Assembly (NCBI GenBank): GCA_963716255.1
Contig: OY970303.1
Coordinates: forward strand, 7,776,001 to 7,840,000
Source: an uncultured Gemmatimonadales bacterium
GTDB lineage: Bacteria > Gemmatimonadota > Gemmatimonadetes > Longimicrobiales > Longimicrobiaceae
Reading direction: 5' to 3'
Length of the DNA stretch: 64,000 nt
The first letter of the stretch is position 1; each line of letters opens with the position of its first letter. Below are positions 48,532 to 58,325 of this stretch, one piece after another. The notes below the pieces were generated by a model that was not told the DNA's origin, did no database searches, and was given only the letters and a program-made list of their open reading frames with translations. Position numbers and translations under genes: made by a program.

Positions 48532-49362
48532 ATGCGTCCAATCCTGGTGGCGGCTCTTTGCCTCCTGGGCGCCGCGCCGCTCGGCGCCCAGTCCGTGCGG
48601 GGCACGCTGGTGGCGACCCCCGGCGGCCAGCCCGTGCCCGGGGCGCTGGTGGTGCTCAAGGACGCCCTGGGCCACACCGTGGACCGGGGCGAGTCGGACG
48701 CGCAGGGCCGCTTCGAGCTGCGCGCCGCGATTCCGGGCGAGTTCTGGGTGCGGGCGGAGCGCGCGGGGTACGCCGCTGCGGCGCCCGCGCGCGTGGCGCT
48801 CGCGGCGGGGGCGCCGCTGGAGCTGCGCCTGGAGGTGGCTGCGGCGGGGGGAGCGTCCACTGCCCGGACCGCCGCACGGGCCCAGCCCGCCGACACGGTG
48901 CCCGGGGATACGGCGACCGTCCGCCTGGAGGGGATCACGGTGACGGCGGAAGCGGCCGCGCACGTGCTGCAGCTCAGCGGGTTCTACGAGCGGAAGCGGG
49001 CGGCGGGGGGAGGCGGGGCCTTCCTCGACGCGCAGGCCATCGCCGGCCTCAGGCGGGCGCGCGTGGTCGACGTCATCACCGGCCAGCGCGGCGTCAGCGG
49101 ATTTGCCGTGGGCACCGGCAGCATCGGCCGCCCCACGCAGCGCGCCTACACGGCGCGGCGCTTCGGGGCGCGCTGCACCCTCCCCGTCTACCTGGACGGC
49201 ATCCTCGTCCCCGGCGCCGAGCTCGACCGGCTCAAGCCGGACCACCTGGCCGGAGTGGAGGTGTACGTGGGGGCGGAGACGCCGCTGCGCTTCCAGCCCC
49301 GGCAGACCGCCGGCCAGATCTGCGGCGCCCTGGTGGTGTGGACCCAGGCCGGAGCAAGGTGA
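48532..49362 (+). CDS. Secreted protein with carboxypeptidase-regulatory-like domain and TonB plug-like domain
   Basis: Signal peptide, PVPGA.V, SDAQGRF, AERAGY, GFYERK, C..VYLDG, GVEVY, CG.LVVWT. Confidence 0.75.
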   Translation: MRPILVAALCLLGAAPLGAQSVRGTLVATPGGQPVPGALVVLKDALGHTVDRGESDAQGRFELRAAIPGEFWVRAERAGYAAAAPARVALAAGAPLELRLEVAAAGGASTARTAARAQPADTVPGDTATVRLEGITVTAEAAAHVLQLSGFYERKRAAGGGGAFLDAQAIAGLRRARVVDVITGQRGVSGFAVGTGSIGRPTQRAYTARRFGARCTLPVYLDGILVPGAELDRLKPDHLAGVEVYVGAETPLRFQPRQTAGQICGALVVWTQAGAR

Positions 49363-49369
49363 CGGCGGA

Positions 49370-49900
49370 GTGACGGACGAGACGCGGGGAGGGGAGGCCC
49401 CGCCCGCCGCCGGCGCGGCGCGGGCGGAGGACGAGCGGTGGATGCGGCTGGCGCTGGAGGAGGCCGCGGCGGCGGAGGCGCTGGGGGAGGTGCCGGTGGG
49501 GGCGGTGGTCGTGCGCGGGGGCGAGCTGGTGGCGCGCGGCCACAACCTGACGCACACGCTCCAGGACCCCAGCGCGCACGCCGAGATGGTGGCCATCCGC
49601 CGCGCGGCGGAGGCGACGGGGCACTGGCGGCTGCTGGACTGCACGCTGTACGTGACGCTGGAGCCGTGCGCCATGTGCTCGGGGGCCATCGTGCTGGCGC
49701 GGCTCCCGCGGCTGGTGTACGGCGCCGCCGATCCAAAGGCGGGGATGTCGGGATCGCTGGCGAACCTGGTGCAGCACCCGCGGCTCAACCACCGCGTGGA
49801 GCTGGCCACCGGGGTGCTGGAGCGGGAGTGCGGCGACGTGCTGCGGGCGTTCTTCCGGTCGCGGCGCGCGAAGCCCCCGGCGCAGCAGCAGATGGACTGA
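49370..49900 (+). CDS. tadA: tRNA adenosine deaminase TadA
   Basis: GEVPVGAV, DPSAHAE, TLEPCAMC, DPKAG, LNH, FFR.RR. Confidence 0.95.
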   Translation: MTDETRGGEAPPAAGAARAEDERWMRLALEEAAAAEALGEVPVGAVVVRGGELVARGHNLTHTLQDPSAHAEMVAIRRAAEATGHWRLLDCTLYVTLEPCAMCSGAIVLARLPRLVYGAADPKAGMSGSLANLVQHPRLNHRVELATGVLERECGDVLRAFFRSRRAKPPAQQQMD

Positions 49901-49961
49901 AGGAGCGGGCGGGGCGGCGGGCGCGGGCGACTCCGGTCTTTCCCGACGCGAGGCGGCGGCG

Positions 49962-50423
49962 ATGACCATCCGCAGGTTCTACCAGCTTTCGCTGTTCCTC
50001 CCCATCCTCCTGCCGTTGTTGGTGGAGCCGGGGGCCTTCGTCTTCGGCAACAGGTCGGCCATGTTCGAGCCGCCGTACGACTCACCCCGGTACGACGCAG
50101 TGCTGCTGGCCGTGTCGTACCTCGGCCTGGTCTACTTCGCTTGCCGCTGGATGCGGACGATGAGCGAGCCGGAGATGGCGAAGCTGTCGCTCAAGGCGCC
50201 GTTCGTGTTCGCGGGCCTTACCTGCCTCTCCTTCCTGCCCCTCATGGCCGTACAGGGGATCACCGGGGCTACGTCGGTGCTGGACGTGGGTGGCGTGCTC
50301 TTCGGGATCGGCCTTCTGGCACTGTTACGCGCCGCCTCGTACGTACTGCTCGTGGACGGCGTGCTGTTCCTCTGCTGCCGGGCCAGGCTGGTGCGGCTGG
50401 AGAGGCGGGTCACGCTCCTGTGA
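49962..50423 (+). CDS. Hypothetical membrane protein (about 4 TM)
   Basis: Hydrophobic segments; GAGG upstream; less GC-biased codons. Confidence 0.6.
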   Translation: MTIRRFYQLSLFLPILLPLLVEPGAFVFGNRSAMFEPPYDSPRYDAVLLAVSYLGLVYFACRWMRTMSEPEMAKLSLKAPFVFAGLTCLSFLPLMAVQGITGATSVLDVGGVLFGIGLLALLRAASYVLLVDGVLFLCCRARLVRLERRVTLL

Positions 50424-50587
50424 GGCGGCAGCCGGCCAGTGACGTATTGGCGTAAGGCCTGTTGTCTCACGCCTGGACATGCCGAGCACATGAACCACGG
50501 TCGACGCCGTGCGCGCCGGCCTCGCGCTCCTTCGCGGCGCCATTCGGGGCCGGAGCGTCGACGGACGAAATCCACCCGCCCGCTTCG

Positions 50588-50617
50588 TTGACACCCCCCC
50601 GCGCCGGCCACTAAGTT
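50588..50617 (+). promoter_or_regulatory. Putative pyr operon promoter TTGACA-N18-TAAGTT
   Basis: 42 bp upstream of the pyrR ATG. Confidence 0.6.
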
Positions 50618-50659
50618 CCCCCGCCCGCCCGAGGTGCCCCGGACCCCGACGCCGAGACC

Positions 50660-51214
50660 ATGCCCGACCCCCAGAGACAGCGGCTGATGGACGCCCCCGC
50701 CGTGGAGCGCACGCTCGCGCGCATGGCGCACGAGGTGGTGGAGCAGGCCGGCGGCACGGCGAGCCTCGCCCTGGTGGGGATCCACCGGCGCGGCGTGCAC
50801 CTGGCCGCCCGGCTCGCCGCCGCCATCCGGGAGGAGCGCGGCGTGTCGGTGCCCACGGGGACGCTGGACATCACCCTGTACCGCGACGACCTCATGGCCA
50901 TCGGGCCGCGCCCGGTGGTGGGGCCGTCGTCGCTCCCGGAGGGCGGCATCGACGAGCGCGTGGTGGTGATCGTGGACGACGTGCTCTACACCGGGCGCAC
51001 CGTGCGCGCCGCGCTGGACGAGCTCGCCGACTTCGGGCGGCCGCGGCGCACGCTGCTCTGCGTGCTGGTGGACCGCGGCGGGCGCGAGCTCCCCATCCAG
51101 CCCGACGTGGTGGGCGAGCGCGTGGAGGTCCCCGCCGGGGGGCGGGTGGAGGTCCTGGTCCCCGAGCTGGACGGGGAGCTGGGCGTGGAGGTCCGCGGGG
51201 CGGGGGAGGGCTGA
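50660..51214 (+). CDS. pyrR: PyrR regulator / uracil phosphoribosyltransferase
   Basis: [34 protein letters not shown]. Confidence 0.95.
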   Translation: MPDPQRQRLMDAPAVERTLARMAHEVVEQAGGTASLALVGIHRRGVHLAARLAAAIREERGVSVPTGTLDITLYRDDLMAIGPRPVVGPSSLPEGGIDERVVVIVDDVLYTGRTVRAALDELADFGRPRRTLLCVLVDRGGRELPIQPDVVGERVEVPAGGRVEVLVPELDGELGVEVRGAGEG

Positions 51215-52188
51215 TGGCGCACCCGACGGGGCCGTACCTGGGCAAGGACCTGGTGGGTCTGGAGGACCTGAGCGCCGAGCAGATCACCGCCATCCTGGAC
51301 ACCTCCGAGCCGTTCAAGGAGATTTCCGAGCGCGCCATCAAGAAGACGCCGGTGCTGCGCGGCAAGACCATCGTCAACGCCTTCTTCGAGAACTCCACCC
51401 GCACCCGCATCTCCTTCGAGTTCGCGCAGAAGCGGCTCTCCGCCGACACCGTGAACTTCGCCGCCGGCGGCTCCTCCGTGTCCAAGGGCGAGACGCTGGT
51501 GGACACCGCGCGGAACCTGGAGGCCATGCGCATCGACATGGTGGTGATCCGCCACGGGGCATCCGGCGCGGCGCGCTTCCTGGGCGAGCGCATCGCCTCC
51601 AACGTCGTCAACGCCGGCGACGGGCGGCACGAGCACCCCACCCAGGGGCTGCTGGACATGCTCACCCTGCGCGACCACTTCGGGCGCATCGCCGGACTCA
51701 GGGTGTGCATCGTGGGCGACGTGCTGCACTCGCGCGTGGCCCGCTCCAACATCTGGGGCCTCAGGAAGCTGGGCGCCGAGGTGGCCGTGTGCGGGCCCCT
51801 CACCCTGCTCCCGCGCGAGGTGGGGGAGATGGGCGTCACCGTCTTCCGGCGGGTGGAGGAGGCCATCGAGTGGGCCGACGCCCTCAACATCCTCCGCCTG
51901 CAGCTGGAGCGCATGCACGGCGGCTTCATCCCCTCGCTGCGCGAGTACAACCGCGTCTTCGGGGTGAGCAGCGCCCGGCTGGAGCGCGCCCCGCGCGACG
52001 TCCTCATCCTGCACCCGGGACCGATGAACCGGGGAGTGGAGATCGACAGCGACGTGGCGGACGGGCCGCACAGCGTCATCCTGCAGCAGGTGACCAACGG
52101 GGTCGCCGTCCGCATGGCGGTGCTCTACCTCCTGGCCGGGGGAGCGCCGGAACGAGCCGAGGCCGCCAAGCGGGGAGGGGAAGCGTGA
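51214..52188 (+). CDS. pyrB: Aspartate carbamoyltransferase
   Basis: [42 protein letters not shown]. Confidence 0.97.
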   Translation: MAHPTGPYLGKDLVGLEDLSAEQITAILDTSEPFKEISERAIKKTPVLRGKTIVNAFFENSTRTRISFEFAQKRLSADTVNFAAGGSSVSKGETLVDTARNLEAMRIDMVVIRHGASGAARFLGERIASNVVNAGDGRHEHPTQGLLDMLTLRDHFGRIAGLRVCIVGDVLHSRVARSNIWGLRKLGAEVAVCGPLTLLPREVGEMGVTVFRRVEEAIEWADALNILRLQLERMHGGFIPSLREYNRVFGVSSARLERAPRDVLILHPGPMNRGVEIDSDVADGPHSVILQQVTNGVAVRMAVLYLLAGGAPERAEAAKRGGEA

Positions 52189-53474
52189 GGCCCGTGCTGA
52201 TCCGGGGCGGGCGAGTGATCGACCCGTCGCAGAAGATGGACGCAGTGCTCGACGTGCTGCTGCACGACGGCGCGGTCGCACAGACCGGGGAGCGGCTGGA
52301 CGCCCCCGAGGGCGCCGAGACCGTGGACGCGGTGGGGCTGGTGGTGTGCCCCGGGCTCATCGACGTGCACGTGCACCTGCGCGAGCCGGGGCAGGAGCAC
52401 AAGGAGACCATCGCCAGCGGCGCGCGGGCCGCGGCGGCCGGCGGCTTCACCGCCGTGGTCGCCATGCCCAACACCGACCCGCCCATCGACAGCCCCGCCT
52501 CCGTGGGCTTCGTGCTCGCCGAGGGGCTGCGGGCCGGGGCGGCGCGCGTCTTTCCCAGCGGCGCCATCACCGTGGGGCAGAAGGGCGAGCAGCTCACCGA
52601 GATCGGCGAGATGGTGGGCGCCGGCGCCGTCACCATCACCGACGACGGCCGCCCGGTGATGAACGCCGGCATCATGCGGATGGCGCTGGAGTACGCGCAG
52701 ACCTTCGGGCTGGCGGTCGCGGTGCACGCGGAGGACATCACGCTCTCCCGCGGCGGCTCCATGAACGAGGGGCTGGTCGCCACGCGGCTGGGGCTCACCG
52801 GCATTCCCAACGCCGCCGAGGACGTGATGATCGCCCGCGACCTGCTCCTGGCGGAGCTGACCGGGGGGCGGCTGCACATCCAGCACGTGGCCACGATGCG
52901 CGGGGTGGAGATGATCCGCGAGGCGAAGGCGCGCGGGGTGCGCGTGACGGCGGAGGCCACGCCCCACCACTTCACCCTCACCGACGCGGCGGTGGACCCG
53001 TACCGCACCGACGCCAAGATGAACCCGCCGCTGCGGTCCGAGGCGGACCGCGCCGCGGTGGTGGAGGGGGTGCGCGACGGGACGCTGGACGTGATCGCCA
53101 CCGACCACGCGCCGCACCACTACGACGAGAAGGAGCAGGCGTTCGAGGACGCGCCCAACGGCATCGTCGGGCTGGAGACGGCGCTCGGGCTGGCGCTCAC
53201 CGAGCTGGTGGGCAAGGGGGTCGTCGACCTGCCCACGCTGGTGGAGCGGATGAGCTGCGCCCCGGCGCGCGCCATGTCGCTCCCGGGCGGCACGCTGCGC
53301 CCGGGCTCCCCGGCCGACGTGACGCTGTTCCACCCCGACGCGGAGTGGACGGTGGACGCGGCGCGCTTCCTGTCCATGAGCCGCAACACCCCGTTCCGCG
53401 GCTGGACGCTGCGGGGCCGCCCCGTACGCACCATCGTGGGAGGGAGGACCGTATGGGAGGGAGCGGCGGAATGA
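52185..53474 (+). CDS. pyrC: Dihydroorotase
   Basis: [36 protein letters not shown]. Confidence 0.95.
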   Translation: MRPVLIRGGRVIDPSQKMDAVLDVLLHDGAVAQTGERLDAPEGAETVDAVGLVVCPGLIDVHVHLREPGQEHKETIASGARAAAAGGFTAVVAMPNTDPPIDSPASVGFVLAEGLRAGAARVFPSGAITVGQKGEQLTEIGEMVGAGAVTITDDGRPVMNAGIMRMALEYAQTFGLAVAVHAEDITLSRGGSMNEGLVATRLGLTGIPNAAEDVMIARDLLLAELTGGRLHIQHVATMRGVEMIREAKARGVRVTAEATPHHFTLTDAAVDPYRTDAKMNPPLRSEADRAAVVEGVRDGTLDVIATDHAPHHYDEKEQAFEDAPNGIVGLETALGLALTELVGKGVVDLPTLVERMSCAPARAMSLPGGTLRPGSPADVTLFHPDAEWTVDAARFLSMSRNTPFRGWTLRGRPVRTIVGGRTVWEGAAE

Positions 53475-54580
53475 CCTGGACGCTGCACGCGCCCCTGCCG
53501 GCGCGGCGCGCGGACCTGCGCGCCTTCTGCGGGGGCGCGTTCCCCTGGCCGCTGGTGGGCGAGCTGTCCGACGGGAGCGAGGTGACGGCGTGCTACCTGG
53601 TGCACGACAAGCAGCGCCGCGAGACCCGCGCGGCGAAGCCGTTCCTGCAGCTCACCCTGGGCGACCGCACCGGCACCATCAAGGCCATGGTGTGGGACGA
53701 CGCGGACCGGCTGGACGCGCTGGTGGCCCCGGACGACGTGATCGGGGTGCGCGGCCGGGTGGGCTCGTACAACGACCAGCTCCAGGTGACGGTGCTCGCC
53801 GCCGAGCCGCTGCAGGTGGTGGACGACGACCTCGCCTTCTTCCTCCCCTGCTGCCCGCGCGACCGCGAGTCGCTGTCGAAGGAGCTGGACCGGCTGATCG
53901 CCACCGTCGAGGACCGGCCGCTGCGCACGCTGCTGGAGCGCTGCCTGGGGCGGAAGACGGCGCTGGGCCGCACCTTCCGCGTGCACCCGGCGGCGAAGCG
54001 GAACCACCACGCCTACCTGGGCGGGCTGATGGAGCACTCGCTCTCCGTGGCCCTTTCCTGCGACCGGCTGGCCGCGCACTACATGGGGCAGGGGGCGCGC
54101 ATCGACCGCGACCTGCTGGTGGCCGGGGCGCTGCTGCACGACGTGGGCAAGGTGCGCGAGCTGAGCGCCAACCGCAGCTTCGGCTACACGGTGGAGGGCC
54201 AGCTCCTGGGGCACATCGTCATCGGGATCCAGATCGTGGGCCGCGAGGCGGAGGGGATCCCCGGGCTCGCGCCGGACCGGCTGCTCCTGGTGCAGCACCT
54301 GGTCGCCAGCCACCAGGGGCGCCTGGAGTGGGCCAGCCCCAAGGTGCCGCAGATGCTGGAGGCCATGCTGCTCCACTACGCGGACGACCTGGACTCCAAG
54401 ATGAACCCGGCGATCTCGCTCCTGTCCGGGGTGGCGCCGGGGGAGTTCGCCCCGTACGACCGCAACCTGGACCGCGCCCTCTTCAACCCGGCCCCGCCCG
54501 TCCTGGCGCGCGCGCCCGAGCTGGAGCCCGTGGCCCCCGAGGCGGCCGCCGAAGTCGTGTTCGACCTGTTCCGCGGCTGA
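53471..54580 (+). CDS. yhaM: YhaM-family 3'-5' exoribonuclease (OB fold plus HD)
   Basis: LGDRTG.I, PAAKRNHHAY.GGL.EH, LLHDVGK, GQLLGHI, SHQG.LEW.SP, LHYADDLD. Confidence 0.88.
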   Translation: MTWTLHAPLPARRADLRAFCGGAFPWPLVGELSDGSEVTACYLVHDKQRRETRAAKPFLQLTLGDRTGTIKAMVWDDADRLDALVAPDDVIGVRGRVGSYNDQLQVTVLAAEPLQVVDDDLAFFLPCCPRDRESLSKELDRLIATVEDRPLRTLLERCLGRKTALGRTFRVHPAAKRNHHAYLGGLMEHSLSVALSCDRLAAHYMGQGARIDRDLLVAGALLHDVGKVRELSANRSFGYTVEGQLLGHIVIGIQIVGREAEGIPGLAPDRLLLVQHLVASHQGRLEWASPKVPQMLEAMLLHYADDLDSKMNPAISLLSGVAPGEFAPYDRNLDRALFNPAPPVLARAPELEPVAPEAAAEVVFDLFRG

Positions 54581-54614
54581 CGCCGGCCGCACAACGCACC
54601 CCCCGGAGTTCCCA

Positions 54615-55598
54615 ATGGAAACACCCCCTGCCACCGACGCCCCCTCGGCGGTCGAGACGCTCACCCGCCGGCGCGCGCAGCTGCAGGACTGGCTCGGCCG
54701 CCTGGGCGAGGTGGGGAGCGGCGTCCCCGGCCACGTGACCGACCGCGTGCGCCGCGACTACGAGGACCGGCTGCGCTCCGTGACCCAGGAGCTTTCCGAG
54801 CACCGCGAGGCGCTCACCGCCGAGCTGGACGGCCGGCGCGCGGAGCTGGAGGGCGCGGACGCCCACCGGGTCGCCGCCGCGGATGACCTGGAGGAGGCGC
54901 GCCTGCGCCACCTGATCGGCGAGCTCGCCGAGGGGGACTGGGACGCGCGCCGCCCCGAGCTGGAGACCGCCCTCGCCACGGCCGAGACGCAGGCCTCCGG
55001 CGTCCGCGCCGAGGTGGAGCGCCTGGACGCGCTGCTGCGCGACATGCCCGGCGCCGCCCCGGAGCCGCCGGCCGAGCCCGCCGCCCCCGCGACCCAGGCC
55101 GCCGCACCCGCCGCCGCGGACACGGAGCAGCCGGAGTGGATGTCGGAGGCGGAGGACGAGCCGGAGCCGGAGCCGCGCGCACCGGAAGCCTTCCTCCCGC
55201 CGCGCGACACCAGCGACGACACCATCCCCGAGTTCACGCCCTACGCGCAGGACGACCGGGCGAGCGCCGCCGCCGCGGACGACGACCTTGGGGTGGACCT
55301 GTCGTGGCTGGAGGACGTGGAGCAGGTGTCCACCTCCGCGGAGCGGTCCGGCGGGGACGCCGCCGCCCCCGCGGACGAGGAGGACAGCTCGGCCGACGAC
55401 CTGGCCTTCCTGGAGGAGCTGGACCGCGCCATCTCGGCCTCCCCCGCCGCGGGCCAGGCCGGGTCGCCTTCGGCCGCTCTGCCGGACCCGGACCGCACGC
55501 TGGACCCGGACCGCGCCGGGATGCTGCTGTGCAAGGAGTGCGGCGCCATCAACGAGCCGCAGCTCTGGTACTGCGAAATCTGCGGCTCCGAACTGTAG
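54615..55598 (+). CDS. Hypothetical protein: coiled coil, acidic disordered linker, C-terminal zinc ribbon
   Basis: LEEARLRHLIGE; D/E/P-rich middle; CKECG..N....WYCEICG. Confidence 0.8.
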   Translation: METPPATDAPSAVETLTRRRAQLQDWLGRLGEVGSGVPGHVTDRVRRDYEDRLRSVTQELSEHREALTAELDGRRAELEGADAHRVAAADDLEEARLRHLIGELAEGDWDARRPELETALATAETQASGVRAEVERLDALLRDMPGAAPEPPAEPAAPATQAAAPAAADTEQPEWMSEAEDEPEPEPRAPEAFLPPRDTSDDTIPEFTPYAQDDRASAAAADDDLGVDLSWLEDVEQVSTSAERSGGDAAAPADEEDSSADDLAFLEELDRAISASPAAGQAGSPSAALPDPDRTLDPDRAGMLLCKECGAINEPQLWYCEICGSEL

Positions 55599-55617
55599 CG
55601 GCCGCTGAAACGGGGTC

Positions 55618-55759
55618 GGCCGCTGAAACGGACGCAGCTCTGCGTGGGAACATCGGTTCCCTGCGGTCACGCTGCTCGTCGGGTCTCCCTGCGACGTACA
55701 TGAAGTACGTCTCAGTCGCGCCTCCTCGCGCGCCTTGATCTGCACCCGTTTGAGCGGCC
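55618..55759. mobile_element. MITE-like 142-bp element with 14-bp terminal inverted repeats
   Basis: ggccgctgaaacgg / ccgtttgagcggcc (13/14 match); an extra left-end copy at 55600-55613; internal hairpin gacgtac-atgaa-gtacgtc. Confidence 0.5.
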
Positions 55760-55804
55760 TCCGGGCATCCTGGAGGAACGGCAACAGCCAGGCACGGCAA
55801 AAGA

Positions 55805-55846
55805 AAAGACCCACTCCCGCGGCCCGGGGAGTGGGTCTTCTGTTTC
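55805..55846. terminator. Terminator hairpin, probably bidirectional
   Basis: aagacccactccc...gggagtgggtctt with A- and T-rich flanks. Confidence 0.75.
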
Positions 55847-55874
55847 GTACTTCGTACTGCCGTTCCCGGACGCG

Positions 55875-55911
55875 AAAAGGCCCGCGGGACCGTGACGGTC
55901 CCGCGGGCCTC
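55875..55911 (-). terminator. rpsT terminator
   Basis: aggcccgcgggaccgt-g-acggtcccgcgggcct, followed by TTT on the minus strand. Confidence 0.75.
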
Positions 55912-55935
55912 CCGAACGTCCGGAAGCGGCGTCGC

Positions 55936-56193
55936 TTACGCGCCGAGCTTCTGGACGAAGGCGGTCAGGCGGGACTTGGCCCGCGCGGCCTTGTTGGGGT
56001 GGATCAGGCGCTTGGAAGCGGCCCGGTCCAGAAGGGAGATCGCCTCCTTGAGCGCGCTGCCGGCCGTCTCCGCGTTCTCCGCCTTGCGGACGTTGCGAAG
56101 CGCGGTGCGCAGCCGCGAGCGGCGGGCCCTGTTACGCTCGGCGCGGACCTCGCTGGTCCGCATCCGCTTTTCGGCAGACTTGACGTTCGGCAA
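55936..56193 (-). CDS. rpsT: 30S ribosomal protein S20
   Basis: PNVKSAEKRMR, RNRARRSRLRT, IHPNKAARAKSRL; TTG start after GGAGG. Confidence 0.96.
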   Translation of the reverse strand: MPNVKSAEKRMRTSEVRAERNRARRSRLRTALRNVRKAENAETAGSALKEAISLLDRAASKRLIHPNKAARAKSRLTAFVQKLGA

Positions 56194-56254
56194 ACTGACC
56201 TCCGGAAGATCTATGCTGGGGTTGGTTCCTGGATACCGCGAACAGGAAAGCGGA

Positions 56255-56283
56255 AAAATACCGAAAGGGTCCAGGCGTGTCAA
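56255..56283 (-). promoter_or_regulatory. Putative rpsT promoter TTGACA-N17-TATTTT
   Basis: Back-to-back with the promoter at 56302. Confidence 0.65.
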
Positions 56284-56301
56284 GCGCAGGGCCGCGCGAT
56301 T

Positions 56302-56330
56302 TTGACACCGGGGAGCGCCGCCGCTAGCTT
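56302..56330 (+). promoter_or_regulatory. Putative promoter TTGACA-N17-TAGCTT (leaderless transcript)
   Basis: The -10 element ends 6 nt before the ATG at 56337; no SD sequence. Confidence 0.65.
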
Positions 56331-56336
56331 GCGCGC

Positions 56337-56993
56337 ATGGAACAACTTCTGATCTCGCTTCCCGTCCTGATCTTTTCGGTGGTGGTGCACGAGGTGGCGC
56401 ACGCGTACGTGGCGCGCAGCCAGGGCGACAACACCGCGTTCATGCTGGGGCGGATCACGCTCAACCCCCTCCCGCACCTGGATCCCCTCGGGAGCGTGCT
56501 CCTCCCCGGGATCATGGCGCTCACCGGCGGCCCCATCCTGGGGTGGGCCAAGCCGGTCCCGGTGAACCCCCGCAACTTCCGCGACTACAAGCGCGGCGAC
56601 ATCCTGGTCTCGCTGGCCGGAATCGCCTCCAACCTGGCGCTGGCCGTCGTGTTCACGCTCCTGCTGGCGGCCACGCTGGCCGCGGCGCGGGCGCTGCCGG
56701 ACGAGATGCGCGCGTGGGCGGTGCTCGCCGCCATGTTCCAGGCGGGGATCTACATCAACCTGCTGCTGGCGCTCTTCAACCTGATCCCCATCCCGCCGCT
56801 CGACGGATCGCACGTCATGGTGTACCTGCTCCCGGTGCGGCTCGCGGTGAAGTACCGCGAGGTGGGCCGCTTCGGGATGCCCATCCTTTTCGCGCTCCTC
56901 CTGCTGGGCGGGTTCCGCTTCCTGTCGGTGCCGGTGGGGTTCCTGATGGCGAGCGCGCTCGCCGCCGCGCAGGCGCTGGCGGGCGCGGGGTAG
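56337..56993 (+). CDS. Site-2 protease family (M50) membrane metalloprotease
   Basis: HEVAH, TLNPLPHLDPLG, GWAKPVPVN, FNLIPIPPLDG. Confidence 0.95.
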   Translation: MEQLLISLPVLIFSVVVHEVAHAYVARSQGDNTAFMLGRITLNPLPHLDPLGSVLLPGIMALTGGPILGWAKPVPVNPRNFRDYKRGDILVSLAGIASNLALAVVFTLLLAATLAAARALPDEMRAWAVLAAMFQAGIYINLLLALFNLIPIPPLDGSHVMVYLLPVRLAVKYREVGRFGMPILFALLLLGGFRFLSVPVGFLMASALAAAQALAGAG

Positions 56994-56997
56994 CGCC

Positions 56998-57756
56998 GTG
57001 GAGCCGCAGTCGCCGCCCGCGCCGCAGCTGGACCTGTTCCAGGTGGACCTGGAGCGCTTCCAGGGGCCGCTGGACCTGCTGCTGCACCTGATCCGCAACC
57101 AGGACATCGACATCTTCGACATCCCCATCTCGCGGATCACCGAGCAGTTCCTGGCGGCGATCCGGAGCGTGGACCGCCTGGAGCTGGAGCGCGCGGGGGA
57201 GTTCCTGGAGATGGCCTCCATCCTGGTGCGCATCAAGGCGCAGATGCTGTTCCCGCGGCGGACCGACGACGGCGAGGAGGAGGACCCGCGGGCGGACCTG
57301 GTGCGGCGGCTCCTGGAGTACGAGCACTTCCGCGAGGCGGCGGGGCTGCTGGTGGAGGCGGAGCGGGCTAGGGCGCGCATGTGGACGCGCGGCTACGTCG
57401 AGGCCCGCCCCAGGCGCGCCCTGCCATCCGTGCCGCTGGACACCGGGTGGAGCGAGGTGTGGGAGGCGGCGCTGCGCCTCGGCGCGCGCGCGGCCGAGCC
57501 GGAGACCGTGTACCGCTTCCAGGGGCGGCCGGTGCGCATCGAGGAAAAGATGGAGCTGGTGCTGCAGGCGCTGCAGGAATCGCGGCGGGTGGAGTTCGCG
57601 GCGCTGGTGTCGCCCTGGGGGACGCGGATGCACGCGGTGGTCTCGCTGCTGGCCTGCCTGGAGCTGGCCAAGCGCAGCCGGGTGCTGGTGCGGCAGGCGG
57701 CGCCCTTCGCGCCGCTGTGGGTGTACCGCCGCCGCCGCGAGGAAGAGGCCGCGTGA
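56998..57756 (+). CDS. scpA: Segregation/condensation protein A
   Basis: FQGPLDLLLHLI, IDIFDIPI, FLEMA, DPR.DLV.RLLEY, LA.LEL.K. Confidence 0.93.
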   Translation: MEPQSPPAPQLDLFQVDLERFQGPLDLLLHLIRNQDIDIFDIPISRITEQFLAAIRSVDRLELERAGEFLEMASILVRIKAQMLFPRRTDDGEEEDPRADLVRRLLEYEHFREAAGLLVEAERARARMWTRGYVEARPRRALPSVPLDTGWSEVWEAALRLGARAAEPETVYRFQGRPVRIEEKMELVLQALQESRRVEFAALVSPWGTRMHAVVSLLACLELAKRSRVLVRQAAPFAPLWVYRRRREEEAA

Positions 57757-58325
57757 GCCTGGCGCGCCCCAGCCGGGTCGTGGAGGCCATCCTGTTCGCC
57801 AGCCAGACGCCGCTGTCCGCTGCAGAGCTGGCGCGCGGCGGCGAGGACATGGACGAGGAGACGGTGGAGGCGGCGCTCGCCGAGCTGCGCGCGGAGTACG
57901 AGCGCGAGGGGCGCGCCTTCGGGGTGTTCGAGGTGGGGGGAGGGTGGCAGCTCCTCACCCGCCCGGAGTACGCGCCGGTGCTGGAGCGCTTCGACAGCGT
58001 CCCCGCCAACGCGCGCCTTTCCTCGCCCGCGCTGGAAACGCTCGCCATCATCGCCTACCGGCAGCCGGTGGGGCGCGCGGAGATCGAGGAGATCCGCGGG
58101 GTGGGGGCCGGCGGGGTGCTCAAGACGCTGCAGGACCGCGAGCTGGTGGAGGTGACCGGGCGCGGCGAGGGGCTGGGGCGGCCGCTGCTGTACGGGACGA
58201 CACGGCGCTTCCTGGAGCACTTCGGGTTCCGCTCCATGGACGACCTTCCCCGCCCGGAAGAGCTGCCCGTGGTGCTTTCGAAGATCAACGACGAGGGGAG
58301 ACCGGATGGCGCGCAGGCAGGGTAG
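57753..58325 (+). CDS. scpB: SMC-Scp complex subunit ScpB
   Basis: VEAILFAS, LS.PALETLAIIAYRQP, IEEIRGV, GRPLLYGTT..FL..FG. Confidence 0.95.
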   Translation: MSLARPSRVVEAILFASQTPLSAAELARGGEDMDEETVEAALAELRAEYEREGRAFGVFEVGGGWQLLTRPEYAPVLERFDSVPANARLSSPALETLAIIAYRQPVGRAEIEEIRGVGAGGVLKTLQDRELVEVTGRGEGLGRPLLYGTTRRFLEHFGFRSMDDLPRPEELPVVLSKINDEGRPDGAQAG

